Numbered from the stretch's first letter, positions 27,335 to 38,038 are shown. The stretch: DNA of 64,000 nucleotides from Candidatus Atabeyarchaeum deiterrae (GCA_037310415.1 CP147780.1:1152001-1216000); one strand, 5' to 3'. Numbers and translations: made by a program. Notes: generated from the letters alone by a model not told the origin.

Positions 27335-28240
27335 TCAGGGCCCTGAATCCTCTGGCTCGCAAAGCAGCTTGACTTTATCCTCCGGAGCAGTTAATGAACC
27401 AGAGAATATTAGTTGGAGTGTGAATCTATCGATGGACTTCGGCTTTCTGCTTAGACAATTATCTATGTAAAGAAGAGCCACGTGAAGTCTCCCCAGATCA
27501 GGGATCGTATTCGATTTCTGAATTGCCTCCATCAAGAACTTAACCCAGTCTGAGAAGTGTTGATGGAGAAACCGCTTAAACAGTACGCTTATTGACACCT
27601 TTCTATCAGATGAAAACTCTTCAACAGGATACCCTGGATCTTTCTTCTCATCAAACCCTATCAAGGACTTCCCATTGACGGTAACATTAATAGCTCTAAT
27701 GTAGTTTAGATCATCCGAGTAGCCACGCGGAAGAGTTCGTGTCTTTTCTATGGCATCCTCTTCTCTCTTCACCTGTTTGCGGACTGTCTCCTGTTCAGAC
27801 TTGATCAAGCTATCTAGAACCAACTCGAAGTTCCTGAAATCTATCGTTGAAGCGGTTTTGTCATTCTTAGCTCGCTCCCCATACATTGCTCTGAAAACTT
27901 CACTAATTCTTCTCAACGTTCTGTCCATCACTTTTTCATCATCACTCTTGTCTCCCGCCAGAACGAAAATGAGGTTCCCAAACTCTCGGACCTGCAGCTT
28001 CACATCCTCAGTTGAAAGAGAATACGAAGAACCTATGCGCGCAATCTTCTTGAATTCTCCACTGCTTGTACTTAGCTCTCCCAGAAATGATGTCAGGGCG
28101 CTCATGTAACCAGAGAAGAGCTCATTGCCAACATCGTGTTCTCTATAGTAGCTAAAGACTGACATCCCTGAGTCCCTTGCAATGACCCATAATCCACGGA
28201 TATGGTGCTGGGATTGGGTTGTTTCGGTTGGGCTGGGCAT
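27335..28240 (-). CDS. Longin-like domain protein with unknown C-terminal domain
   Basis: IRGLWVIARDSG.SVF, LFSGYMSALTSFLGEL, LIFVLAG, LRRISEVFRAMY, FRNF: the pattern of Asgard longin-like domains. Confidence 0.7.
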   Translation of the reverse strand: MPSPTETTQSQHHIRGLWVIARDSGMSVFSYYREHDVGNELFSGYMSALTSFLGELSTSSGEFKKIARIGSSYSLSTEDVKLQVREFGNLIFVLAGDKSDDEKVMDRTLRRISEVFRAMYGERAKNDKTASTIDFRNFELVLDSLIKSEQETVRKQVKREEDAIEKTRTLPRGYSDDLNYIRAINVTVNGKSLIGFDEKKDPGYPVEEFSSDRKVSISVLFKRFLHQHFSDWVKFLMEAIQKSNTIPDLGRLHVALLYIDNCLSRKPKSIDRFTLQLIFSGSLTAPEDKVKLLCEPEDSGP

Positions 28241-28475
28241 TTTCCTGCCTCAAATTTGTTTTTCTGTATTTCTTACGGTCTTTCTCTAAGGGTAGAGCGT
28301 ATGGTTTTAGACGTGATATATAAAGTCTGCGTGAGACATTTTACTTTTTTTGGTTTGCATTTTCCTGTTATTGATGCATGTTTCGTGGATTTCAGTGTTA
28401 GCGTTACAGTCTCGGGATTGAACCGAACGAAGCCTGGAAGCTCTCTGGTCATTTTGTCGCATGCGGGCAATTGGT

Positions 28476-30887
28476 CTATGTGTCTCGTCGGTACTCGTGC
28501 GCTAAAGCTACTCTCTTCACATAATCCTTTGGAAGCATCATAAGTGCTGCCAGCGCCAACACTACTATTACTAGTTGAACCGGTATTGGCGTCAAGACGT
28601 TTTGTATGCCAAAAATACACAGAATAGTAGCGAAACACAAATCCAGGAGAAGTGCAGCGAGAAGCGTTTTGCTTGGCTTCGAGTTCCAGAATCTTCTCCT
28701 TTCACGTACTATGAATACGTCCGTTACACCAGTCACCATAAGCATATAGAACACGAAAGTGTGCAGCTGATCAATGCCAAGACTGAAAAACCCAAGGGCT
28801 AGAAACAATCCCGCGAACATCTCAACCAGCACTACTGAGGTTATGGCCAGCGCTGCTTTGGTCATCTTATCAATCTCCCACTTGTCAGGTTGGCGTGATG
28901 AAGTAACGTTGTCTGTGGCAAGTGAAATTGTTATGAAGTCAGTCAGAAATAGCAGTAGTATAAGCTGAGGAGTCGTGGTGACAAGTATCCCGAGAATGAA
29001 GAATGCTGTTGAGAGGAAGACAGACAGTTGAAAGGTCTTAACTATCTTATTGATTATCCATGTGTACATTCTCTGGAATGCTTCTCTCCCAGTCTTAACG
29101 AGATCAACTATCCCTGACAAGCCTTCCTTGGTCAAGACAACACTAGCCGCTGCTCTTGCAGCATCTGTTGCATTCTTAACTGCTGTGCCTACCTCAGCTT
29201 GCTTGAGCGCTGGCGCATCGTTGACGCCGTCGCCCGTCATCCCCACTATGTGCCCATTTGACTGTAGACTCTTCACTATTGTTAGCTTATCCTCTGGGTA
29301 AACTTCAGCAAAAACGTCGCATTTGTCAATCTCTTTTCTGATGCCTTTGCGAACTTTCCCCGTTCGGCACGCCTGCCCACCTATTTTAACTTCATCCGCT
29401 ATGGCGGTTGCTATCGGCGCAATGTCTCCTGTCAACATCTTAACATTTATCCCGAGCGACCTCAGCTCAGCGACAAGTTTACGTGAGTCTCTCCGGGGTC
29501 TATCTGTGATCGGTACAAACCCAGCGATCCTTGTTCGACCTTGCTCCTCGACGGCGACCGCTATTACTCTAAGGCCTCCAGCTGAGAGTTCTTCAACTTT
29601 TCGCCAGTAGATTTTCTTCGTTTCATCATCCACCCCAGCAAGATCCAAGAGTATACGTGGAGCACCCTTCATGACCCGAAATATGTCACCATTTGACTTC
29701 TCCGCTGTCGCCTCGGTTCTCCTCGTCGAGGGATCAAAGGAAGTGAACTTGGTGACTCTGTATCCCTTTCCATCAAGACCTAGGGATCTAGCGTATTTTA
29801 TGATTGCGACATCGATGGGATCCTGTGAAGCCTCTTCGGAGGCCAGCATTGCCAGCAACGCAACCTGACCTCGGTCGAACCCTTTCATTGGAGCTGGTTC
29901 CACGACGGATAACTTGTTCTCAGTTATCGTTCCTGTCTTATCAGTGCACACAGTTGTCATTGTTGCTGCATCCTCTACAGCGGTCATCCTAGTCACAAGA
30001 ACGCCACTTCGAAAGAGTTTCAGGGCACCTACTGCCATTGTAACGGTAAACATCGCTGGTAGGGCTATGGGCACTGAAGAAACAAGTAACATTAGGACGA
30101 AGCTTAGGATCTCTGGAAAACTCAATTCTATGAAGATTGAATAGACCACCACGCAGACTGTTATGACGAAGACTACCAATAATATGTACTTGACGACATT
30201 GGCTATTAGGCTTTCAACATGAGACTTCGCTTTCGCCATCTTCACAAGGGTAATTGTTTTTCCATAGTACGTTCTCGAACCAGTTGAGAATACGAGACCT
30301 TTAGCCTCATTTCTCTTCACAATGGATCCTGCGTAGACAACTCCGCCGGCTCCCTTGTCTGATGGTATTGATTCGCCGGTCAGGGACGACTGATCAACCA
30401 AGATTCGACCTTCGGTGAGTTTCATGTCAGCGGGTATTATGTCGCCATTTCTGAGGCTGACGATGTCTCCGGGCACGATTTCCCTTGTTGGCTTCACAGT
30501 CCATTTTCCATCCCTTAGGACTTTCACGTATGCGACGAGCCTACTTTTCAAGATTTCAACTGCCTGTTCAGATCTCGACTCCTGAGAAAAACCTATGATC
30601 GCGTTCAGAATAAGCAATGCGACAACCAGGAGCATGTTGATTGTCTGGTTGAGAAAGTAGCTCATTGCCGCCACAGCTTCAAGCATCCATGCAGTAGGGC
30701 CCCAAAACCTCCTCAGGAAGGTAATGACGCGGCTTGCCTTTTTTTCTTCTACTTCATTGTAACCATAACTAAAGATCCTTTGGTAAGCCTCTTTACTTGT
30801 CAGTCCTCTCGACGAAGATCTCAGCGTCTTGAATGCTGTTTCGGCGCTAATTGATTCAAGTTTCCTTATGTCACGCTTCATAGTCAA
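28476..30887 (-). CDS. P-type H+-exporting ATPase (P3A)
   Basis: LTGES, PIALPA, DKTGT, KGAP, MLTGD, GDGVNDAPAL, conserved TM6 Asp in LTDFITI. Confidence 0.9.
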   Translation of the reverse strand: MTMKRDIRKLESISAETAFKTLRSSSRGLTSKEAYQRIFSYGYNEVEEKKASRVITFLRRFWGPTAWMLEAVAAMSYFLNQTINMLLVVALLILNAIIGFSQESRSEQAVEILKSRLVAYVKVLRDGKWTVKPTREIVPGDIVSLRNGDIIPADMKLTEGRILVDQSSLTGESIPSDKGAGGVVYAGSIVKRNEAKGLVFSTGSRTYYGKTITLVKMAKAKSHVESLIANVVKYILLVVFVITVCVVVYSIFIELSFPEILSFVLMLLVSSVPIALPAMFTVTMAVGALKLFRSGVLVTRMTAVEDAATMTTVCTDKTGTITENKLSVVEPAPMKGFDRGQVALLAMLASEEASQDPIDVAIIKYARSLGLDGKGYRVTKFTSFDPSTRRTEATAEKSNGDIFRVMKGAPRILLDLAGVDDETKKIYWRKVEELSAGGLRVIAVAVEEQGRTRIAGFVPITDRPRRDSRKLVAELRSLGINVKMLTGDIAPIATAIADEVKIGGQACRTGKVRKGIRKEIDKCDVFAEVYPEDKLTIVKSLQSNGHIVGMTGDGVNDAPALKQAEVGTAVKNATDAARAAASVVLTKEGLSGIVDLVKTGREAFQRMYTWIINKIVKTFQLSVFLSTAFFILGILVTTTPQLILLLFLTDFITISLATDNVTSSRQPDKWEIDKMTKAALAITSVVLVEMFAGLFLALGFFSLGIDQLHTFVFYMLMVTGVTDVFIVRERRRFWNSKPSKTLLAALLLDLCFATILCIFGIQNVLTPIPVQLVIVVLALAALMMLPKDYVKRVALAHEYRRDT

Positions 30888-31066
30888 ATTGCACTCTTTC
30901 TTGACGATGGTGTAACATTACCCGAGTAGCCCAGTATATAAGCAAAGACCTCGGAAAGTTCTTAAAACATCTGCAAGATAACCAACATGAAGATAAGAAA
31001 ACTATCTTCGAATTCATGCCACAGTGGAAGCACGTGCGTAACGATGAAAATGGAGTGTGAAAAAAA

Positions 31067-32482
31067 GTGAGTGAAGATATCGCCCTTTTTGCACTCGACC
31101 GCGCTCAGAAGAAGGATGGCGTCACCTACGCAGAGGTAAGAGCTGAGAAGAGAGTCGGAAATGCAGTCGTGATCAAGAATGCCATGATCGATGCGATAGA
31201 ATATGAGGAAGAAGAAGGTCTGTGTGTCAGGATGCTTACAAACCAAGGCATAGGCTTCGCATCGACAAATACCCTAGCGAAAGATGAAGTCGGAGATCTG
31301 GTTGACACCGCTTTCAAAATGGCGCGGTCATCACGTAGAAAGAACCCAATAGTATTCGCAAAGGAGCAGGGCATCGAAACGAAGTGGGCAATGGAGCAGA
31401 AGATTAAGTTGGCTGATGTTTCAGCCGAGCAGCGTGTGAAAGACATAATTGAGATAGACAACTACTTGCTTTCGATTGGCGTTAACATTCCTGGCAGAAT
31501 CATCCAACTCGCTGATACTGTATCTGAAAAATACATCTGCACCACCGAGGGATCCAGAATATCCTCAGTTCTACCTAGAATCTTTGCAGTTGCATACGTA
31601 ACCATTGAAGAGGACGGGCAAAATGAGATGGCTTACCGAGACTACGGTTACACTGGCGGATGGGAGGGTCTTGAGCAACTAGACATCGGCGAAACACTGG
31701 GAAAAGATGCACTGTCACTTAAGAAAACGATACGAGAAGGAAAGAAGTTACAGGAGGGAAAAATGGATCTCATCTGCGGCCCAGAGGTAACGGGGATAGC
31801 ATCCCATGAATCCTGCGGTCACCCCATGGAAGCAGACAGGATAATCGGACGAGAAATGAGCCAAGCGGGAAAGTCCTTTGTCTCCAAGGATCTACTTGGT
31901 CAGCGGATAGGCTCCGATGTGGTGACAATAATAGATGACCCTACGATTCCTCACAGCTCAGGTTACTACTTGTATGACGACGAGGGCGTGAAGGCAAGGC
32001 CAAGATACCTCTACAAGGATGGACTCATAAATGAGTTCCTGCATAACAGAGAAAGCGCCGCTATTATGGGCACAAGGAGTAACGCCTCCTCAAGATCAGT
32101 TAGCTATGGTCTTGAAGCCATAGTCAGAATGGCTAATACTTATCTAAGGTCCGGTGATTACACAGAAGAAGAGCTACTTGAGGATGTTAAGAAAGGAGTC
32201 TGGATGCAAACATTCAATGAATGGAACATAGACGACACGAGATTCAACCAGAAATACGTTGCACGCGAAGCTTACCTCATAGAAAATGGAGAGCGGAAAT
32301 ATCCAATCAAGAGATGTGTAATCGAGACGACAACGCGCAAATTCTGGAGCGCTGTAGATGCCGTATCAAAGAAATTAGAATTCTCTTCTGCCACCTGCGG
32401 CAAAGGAGATCCAGAACAAGGAATCCCAGTCTTCACAGGTGGACCAACCGCCAGACTTAGGGAGGTGTATCTAAAGCAATGA
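31067..32482 (+). CDS. tldD: TldD metalloprotease, catalytic subunit
   Basis: HESCGH zinc motif, DDEG, RMANT, C-terminal CGKG ligand. Confidence 0.92.
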   Translation: MSEDIALFALDRAQKKDGVTYAEVRAEKRVGNAVVIKNAMIDAIEYEEEEGLCVRMLTNQGIGFASTNTLAKDEVGDLVDTAFKMARSSRRKNPIVFAKEQGIETKWAMEQKIKLADVSAEQRVKDIIEIDNYLLSIGVNIPGRIIQLADTVSEKYICTTEGSRISSVLPRIFAVAYVTIEEDGQNEMAYRDYGYTGGWEGLEQLDIGETLGKDALSLKKTIREGKKLQEGKMDLICGPEVTGIASHESCGHPMEADRIIGREMSQAGKSFVSKDLLGQRIGSDVVTIIDDPTIPHSSGYYLYDDEGVKARPRYLYKDGLINEFLHNRESAAIMGTRSNASSRSVSYGLEAIVRMANTYLRSGDYTEEELLEDVKKGVWMQTFNEWNIDDTRFNQKYVAREAYLIENGERKYPIKRCVIETTTRKFWSAVDAVSKKLEFSSATCGKGDPEQGIPVFTGGPTARLREVYLKQ

Positions 32483-33816
32483 AGCTAATCACTGACGAGC
32501 TTATCGAGAAGACGGAACATGTTGTTGAAAAAGCGAGAAACCTCGGGGCAACGGAAGTCATAGCTGAAGCAGTAGTCTCACGAGACAGACAGATCCGATA
32601 CAGCAATAACCAAATAGACATATCACAGAACTGGCGCGACTTGGGCATCCATTTGGTTCTCACAGTCGGAAAGAAAGTCGTCGCCACGGAAATAAAACGA
32701 TTCGATGACATAGACCAAATGGTTGGGAAAGTAATATCAATCGCGAAATCCTCAAAGGACAACCCCCTCTGGGGCGGATTAGCGAAAGGAGAGTTCAAGT
32801 ACGAGACATCGAAGGCAGATGACGCAATAAGGAAACTGGACGACCCTGCAAAGTATGTGCACAAAGCAATTGACGCTGCCCTCTCAGAGGGCGCCAAGAA
32901 TACAGGTGGAGTGTTGCGGATCGGCGATGGAGACAGCTATCTACTATCCTCTGAAGGACCTAGCGGCTACGACACTGAAAGCTACATTGAATTCAGCATG
33001 AGAGCTTTCACGAATGAGTTATCTTCAGGGCATGCAGTCGAGTGTTCAAGCAGCGTCGCAGATTTCCACCCCGAGAAGGCAGGAAGAAACGCGGCAGAGA
33101 TCGCTAGGAACGCAGAAAAGTTTCCGAGGCAGGAGTTGGAAGAGGGTGCATATGATGTCATCTTCGATCCACTGATTTTTGGAGCGCTCCTAACTGACGT
33201 TGGAGGATCAGCATCTGCATTCATGGCCTTGGCACAGCTCTCTTGCTTCGTAGGCAAAGTTGGACAGAAAGTCGCCTCCGACAAAGTTACAGTGCATGAC
33301 TACGCATCTCCCACATCAATGGGCCATAGAACTTTCGACGATGAAGGAGTCCCGATCAAGAACACGCTACTGATCGATCACGGAGTATACAAGACCTTCC
33401 TTCATAACACATCAACTGCAAAACTGTTCAAGACAGAGACGACAGGAAACGCTGGCATAGTCATGCCAACAGCATTCACGCTGCAAATGGATCCGGGAGA
33501 CTACAAACTGGAAGAGCTGTTCTCGGAGGTCAAGGATGGCTTGTACCTAACAAACACATGGTACACCCGCTTCCAGAACTACATGACAGGGGACTTCTCC
33601 ACAGTCCCAAGGGATGGAGCATTCATTGTCAAAGACGGCGAAATAAAGGCTTCAACTGCAAATCTGAGGATTTCAGACAATCTGCTTAGGGTGCTCCTGA
33701 ATGTCGAAGGTGTAACAAGGGAGAGACATCAGGTACGGTGGTGGGGAGAAGTTGAAATCCCAGCTTTCTCGCCTACAGTGTTATCAAGAAAAGTGAAGAT
33801 CACGAAATCCAAATGA
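32479..33816 (+). CDS. pmbA: PmbA/TldE partner subunit
   Basis: ATGA overlap with tldD; FDDEG, TTGNAG, GDFS; no HExxGH. Confidence 0.88.
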   Translation: MKLITDELIEKTEHVVEKARNLGATEVIAEAVVSRDRQIRYSNNQIDISQNWRDLGIHLVLTVGKKVVATEIKRFDDIDQMVGKVISIAKSSKDNPLWGGLAKGEFKYETSKADDAIRKLDDPAKYVHKAIDAALSEGAKNTGGVLRIGDGDSYLLSSEGPSGYDTESYIEFSMRAFTNELSSGHAVECSSSVADFHPEKAGRNAAEIARNAEKFPRQELEEGAYDVIFDPLIFGALLTDVGGSASAFMALAQLSCFVGKVGQKVASDKVTVHDYASPTSMGHRTFDDEGVPIKNTLLIDHGVYKTFLHNTSTAKLFKTETTGNAGIVMPTAFTLQMDPGDYKLEELFSEVKDGLYLTNTWYTRFQNYMTGDFSTVPRDGAFIVKDGEIKASTANLRISDNLLRVLLNVEGVTRERHQVRWWGEVEIPAFSPTVLSRKVKITKSK

Positions 33817-33909
33817 ACAAAAGACGGAAGGAACTCCGCGCAACCCCTTGGTTTCATCTCAGACGAAAGCAGAAGCTTTAGGAAATCCTTCCCTCACCTT
33901 TCTTGGCGC

Positions 33910-34611
33910 TCACGCATCTTCTGGAGACATTAGGTCCGGTTTGTTAGTCACTATTCCATCGACGCCCATCTCTACCAGTCTTTCAGCTAGGTGTCGGTCA
34001 TCAACAGTCCAGGTAAAAACAAGAATAGATCTCCTATGAGACTCCTCGATCATCTCTTTCGTCAATAACTCATACGCAGGCAGCACATAGTCTGCCTTGA
34101 GTTCAACCACTTTACTCGTTACATGCGGGATCCTCCATGAAAAGATCTGACCCGTTGGAATCTTGGGTTCAAGCTCCTTGACCTTCTTAATGATGTCCGT
34201 CATAAACGAAGTTGCAACCACCTTATCTAACATTTTTTCCTTTTGCAGTAAGTCAACTAACAGTTTCTCGATACCGATTCCCTTGACCTCGATCATGACT
34301 CCAATTGCATCTCTGCTTAATTCCAGTACCTCTTGCAGTGTTGGTATCTTCTCACCTTTGCCCGCATCAAGTCTTCTAATCTCTTTGAGAGACATGTCTT
34401 TAATGCTACCCTTGCCTTTGGTGGTTCGGTCAACCTCTGCATCATGGATGACCACCAGTTGCTTGTCTTTGGTAGTATGGACATCAATTTCAACCATGTC
34501 TGCATGCATATCTATGGCTCTTCTAATGGCTATAATAGTATTCTCAGGCTCGTATGCTGATGCCCCTCTGTGAGCAACTATCTTGTAAGTCTTCATCTCC
34601 CGGGGACTCAC
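33910..34611 (-). CDS. Glycerophosphodiester phosphodiesterase
   Basis: AHRGASAYEPENT, EIDV, HD, IEVK, WTVD, GVDGIVTN. Confidence 0.92.
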   Translation of the reverse strand: MSPREMKTYKIVAHRGASAYEPENTIIAIRRAIDMHADMVEIDVHTTKDKQLVVIHDAEVDRTTKGKGSIKDMSLKEIRRLDAGKGEKIPTLQEVLELSRDAIGVMIEVKGIGIEKLLVDLLQKEKMLDKVVATSFMTDIIKKVKELEPKIPTGQIFSWRIPHVTSKVVELKADYVLPAYELLTKEMIEESHRRSILVFTWTVDDRHLAERLVEMGVDGIVTNKPDLMSPEDA

Positions 34612-34735
34612 CTCTTGTTCTATCGGTTATTTTCTGCAGAAGAAGAGTATGTTTAGTGACTTAAATGGCGCTTGACGACAGGGCGCGGCCAGTTCCTTCT
34701 CGTTACCAGTCCCTTCGGCAGTCTGCACCAAGAGA

Positions 34736-36142
34736 CTACGTTTGGATGCTTACGTCTTGGACTCTGACATACGGAGCGATGACGGAGCCTGCGTAGAGCT
34801 GTGGGCTGTACTTCTCTGCAGTGTTTCCTACTGCATCTATCTTCTTCACGTAGTCAAACATATTTCCGGTAATCCTGAGATCTCGAACAGGTGTGGTCAG
34901 TTCACCATTTTCTATTCTAAGTCCACTCAGTATGACTACGGAGAAAGATCCATCTGGTGTTGCTGTGAAGGCAGGGTCCGATCTGTCGAGGAATAGACCG
35001 TCTTTGACTTCCGCAATGATCTTGTCATTAGGTGCCGTCCCAGGCTGGAACACGACATTGGTTGGGTAGACCCGCGGAAGCCTTCGGTAAGTCCTGTAAA
35101 AGAAATAGTCTACCGTTGGCAGTTCCCACCTAGCACAGTTGCCCGTGCTCTCAGTGGAAGCTATCTTGGCAGTTTGGTTGTCGTGGAGGTAGTTCTTAAG
35201 GATGCCTTTCTCGATCAGAGTTGTTTTCTTGGTAGGCATCCCTTCGTCATCCATCTTGAATGAGCAAAGACCTCCATCAAACGTTCCATCGTCGACCAGA
35301 GTGACAATTGGTGCAGCTACTTGCTGGCCAATCTTCCCCTCCAGCACAGAGGCTTTGTGCTGAACATTGTCTGCGCAGAATGCGTTAGTGAATGAGTATG
35401 TGAAAATCTCTCCGATAGCAGCTGGAGCCATAACCACAGGCATCTTCTTCGGCTCAATATTCTGGGTTCCAAGACCTTTCAGGACTCTTCTTGCAGATTC
35501 AGAGCCAAAGTTCTCTGTGACTGCGGTATTCTTCACCGATCTCGTGACATGGGGGAGTTCGAGTTTTGCCACCTTTTCTCCATTTTTCGCCGATATGCCG
35601 ATTGCCATCCTTGCGAAGCTACCATAGTCTTCAACCTCGAGTCCTTGGGTGTTTACAACCGCGAATCCGTACTTCGAACGACCGAAGAGTGCGTCGTAGA
35701 CAGTCACTCGCTTATCATCAACTCTGGCAACTCCTTTTCTGATTGCTTCAAGATGTGACATCACCTTGTCGGGACCCATCTCAGCGGTATCTTTGTCGAG
35801 AGTCCCAGAAACCTTGGGGTAGTTGCTTGGCTTTTCATGGAAGCTCTCGAGTCCAGCTTGAGGTTCAGCAACCTTCAAGGCACTGCGAGCAGACGATTTC
35901 ACAGATTGATCATCAATGCTACTGAGATAGGCGAATCCTAAGGCGCCACTTCTTATTACGCGGATAGCCGCTCCAACCATTAACTGGTCTCTTGCAGTGA
36001 AGCTGTCTTTGCCGCTGACCTTCTGTATCCTCATAACTAGATTCTCTCTCGACTCAATGTAGACTTCAACCTGGTCAGCACCTTCACCCGAACACATCTT
36101 CATGATTCTTTCAGCCGTAGAAATCAAATCTGTTGAAGGCAT
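34736..36142 (-). CDS. PmbA/TldE family protein (second copy)
   Basis: DDEG..T....LIEKG.L..YLH, STGN, PTN, GSFS. Confidence 0.85.
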   Translation of the reverse strand: MPSTDLISTAERIMKMCSGEGADQVEVYIESRENLVMRIQKVSGKDSFTARDQLMVGAAIRVIRSGALGFAYLSSIDDQSVKSSARSALKVAEPQAGLESFHEKPSNYPKVSGTLDKDTAEMGPDKVMSHLEAIRKGVARVDDKRVTVYDALFGRSKYGFAVVNTQGLEVEDYGSFARMAIGISAKNGEKVAKLELPHVTRSVKNTAVTENFGSESARRVLKGLGTQNIEPKKMPVVMAPAAIGEIFTYSFTNAFCADNVQHKASVLEGKIGQQVAAPIVTLVDDGTFDGGLCSFKMDDEGMPTKKTTLIEKGILKNYLHDNQTAKIASTESTGNCARWELPTVDYFFYRTYRRLPRVYPTNVVFQPGTAPNDKIIAEVKDGLFLDRSDPAFTATPDGSFSVVILSGLRIENGELTTPVRDLRITGNMFDYVKKIDAVGNTAEKYSPQLYAGSVIAPYVRVQDVSIQT

Positions 36143-36189
36143 TGTAAAAACCTCACTCTTATTCCTTCGACTTTTTCTCCGCCTACATC

Positions 36190-37569
36190 CTACCCGATTC
36201 TCAACTCCTTGAATCTAAGGTGAGGACCTGCACCCGAGACTATGTTGGATTCTTCCTCTTCAGTTATTCTGAGTTGGAGAGTATCAAAATCAGATCCGAT
36301 TCCATCCATGTTCTTAAGTTCATCCACAACATCTATGGTGAAGCTTGGTGACGAGACAGGCGAGCTGAGCTGCCCATTCTTTATCAGATATCCTCGTTCT
36401 GCATTACCGCTAACGATGCGTGTCGTGCTGGCACCTGCGAGCCCAGTCAGGTAGATACCTTCCTTGATCCCTTCGAGCATCTCCTCGAACTTGAGATCAC
36501 CTGGCTTCACAATGGTATTGGATATGAACGGACGGGGCGCAAAGAGCGCATTCTGGCTTCTCGCATGTCCCTCAACACCGGCATTGAAAAGGAAAGCAGT
36601 TGTCTTGGAGTGCAAGTAGGATTTCAACACTCCATCCTCCATCAATGTTGTGGGCTTAGCCAGAACCCCTTCCTCGTCATACTTATAGAAGACAGGAAGT
36701 CCAGACGAGGTAGGATCATCATAGACTACTAACGAGTCAGGACCGATTTTTTCGCCAAGTTTACCAGCGAATCCACCAAGCTCAGCCTCGGGAACAAGAG
36801 CAAACTGAGCACAACTCATTAACCCTATGCTTGAAGCCAGAAGCCCAGACAACTTAGTGTCGAGAATTGCCGGGAGTTTTCCTGAAGGTGGCTCCTGAGC
36901 CGAGAGAAGCTCAACGGCATCTTTCGCAACCTGCTGAGACACACTAAGCGGATCAGCCAAGGCCATCAATTCTTGCCCAGCACTTGCGGCAATCCTTCCG
37001 ATGCACCTTGAGATCTTCCCGCCTTCGCGGGCGGTAATAGTTATGCGTAACTCCGTGTATGGATGAGCCTCCTGTATCTTTGATCCGTCTGAATTTACAA
37101 AGAATCGCTCATAAACCTCATCAATATACCTGAAGTTCGAAGACACAACCCGCTTATCAACGGAGCGCGATGCAGAATCGCAAGACAGAATCACTTCCTT
37201 CTTCTCATCGATCGGGATCTCCCTCGGATCGCTGACATCCCCAAGTTTAACGTTGTCCTCAACTGGAGGAGACGGTGCCAATCCCACTCTCTCCTTGATG
37301 CTCGAGCTTCCTGCTTCGGCTATCTTGGTGGCTTTTTCAGCAGCTTGCGACATTGTCTTTTCATCTTCTTGCGTGAAAATCGACAAACCAATCGTGCCTT
37401 TCAAAACCGTGACGCTGCCAGCAAGCTCAATCGAGGGTATTATTCTCTCGACTTTGCCCGTTGTGACCACAATCGTATTGCTATACGTCTTCTGAAGCCT
37501 AATGTTAGCATACTGAGCCTTATGTTTGCTCATGAGTTTGTTGACTGCGGTTTCAAGAACATCTAACAC
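36190..37569 (-). CDS. TldD-like protein lacking the catalytic metal motif
   Basis: TldD-type DDPT, YDEEG, GHAR, PFISNT and GPH are retained; HExxGH is replaced by ASSIGL and the CGK cysteine is missing. Confidence 0.8.
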   Translation of the reverse strand: MLDVLETAVNKLMSKHKAQYANIRLQKTYSNTIVVTTGKVERIIPSIELAGSVTVLKGTIGLSIFTQEDEKTMSQAAEKATKIAEAGSSSIKERVGLAPSPPVEDNVKLGDVSDPREIPIDEKKEVILSCDSASRSVDKRVVSSNFRYIDEVYERFFVNSDGSKIQEAHPYTELRITITAREGGKISRCIGRIAASAGQELMALADPLSVSQQVAKDAVELLSAQEPPSGKLPAILDTKLSGLLASSIGLMSCAQFALVPEAELGGFAGKLGEKIGPDSLVVYDDPTSSGLPVFYKYDEEGVLAKPTTLMEDGVLKSYLHSKTTAFLFNAGVEGHARSQNALFAPRPFISNTIVKPGDLKFEEMLEGIKEGIYLTGLAGASTTRIVSGNAERGYLIKNGQLSSPVSSPSFTIDVVDELKNMDGIGSDFDTLQLRITEEEESNIVSGAGPHLRFKELRIG

Positions 37570-37609
37570 CGGACAACACCTCTGAAACAGATATTCTCCG
37601 AATAGCCCA

Positions 37610-38038
37610 TTACTGAATTCGTGGTGGGCTCCCAGTTAGGATGATCTGCGCTACCCTCTTGGCACGTATTATAAGAAGCGCGAGATTCGCTCTCTTGTCG
37701 GCGAAGATGAATAGAGCCTGCTTTCCCGCTATCTGAACTAGAACCGTGCTGGTATCGGATCGTAGAATCATATTGTCCATCGCTCCCCCGCCAAGTCGAC
37801 CGACAAAGTCAACCGTCGATTTAACTAGATCCCTTATCTCCGATCCGCCTATCTCCATTCTTGATCGGTCCAACAGTGTCCGATACCATTGGTGTATTAC
37901 TTCACCATTCTCATCAACTATAAGGACGGCTGAGACACCAAGCAGCGAGGTGACCTCGGACATGACACCTTCAACATTCACAGTGGATGTCTTTTCAGGC
38001 TCGCGCCCAGGCATTGGAGTACCAAACAACTTACCCAT
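37610..38038 (-). CDS. Roadblock/LC7 (MglB-like) domain protein
   Basis: GVSAVLIVDENGEVI, central helix, strands MILRS/VLVQI/LFIFA, ANLALL helix. Confidence 0.8.
   Translation of the reverse strand: MGKLFGTPMPGREPEKTSTVNVEGVMSEVTSLLGVSAVLIVDENGEVIHQWYRTLLDRSRMEIGGSEIRDLVKSTVDFVGRLGGGAMDNMILRSDTSTVLVQIAGKQALFIFADKRANLALLIIRAKRVAQIILTGSPPRIQ

Noticed and set aside
28476-30887. Fungal/plant-type H+-ATPase as a eukaryotic signature
   Set aside because: P3A ATPases are already known from diverse archaea and bacteria.
38018-38038. MGKLFGT N-terminus of the roadblock protein as a myristoylation or Arf-like anchor
   Set aside because: Too short to be significant, and N-myristoyltransferase is not established in archaea.
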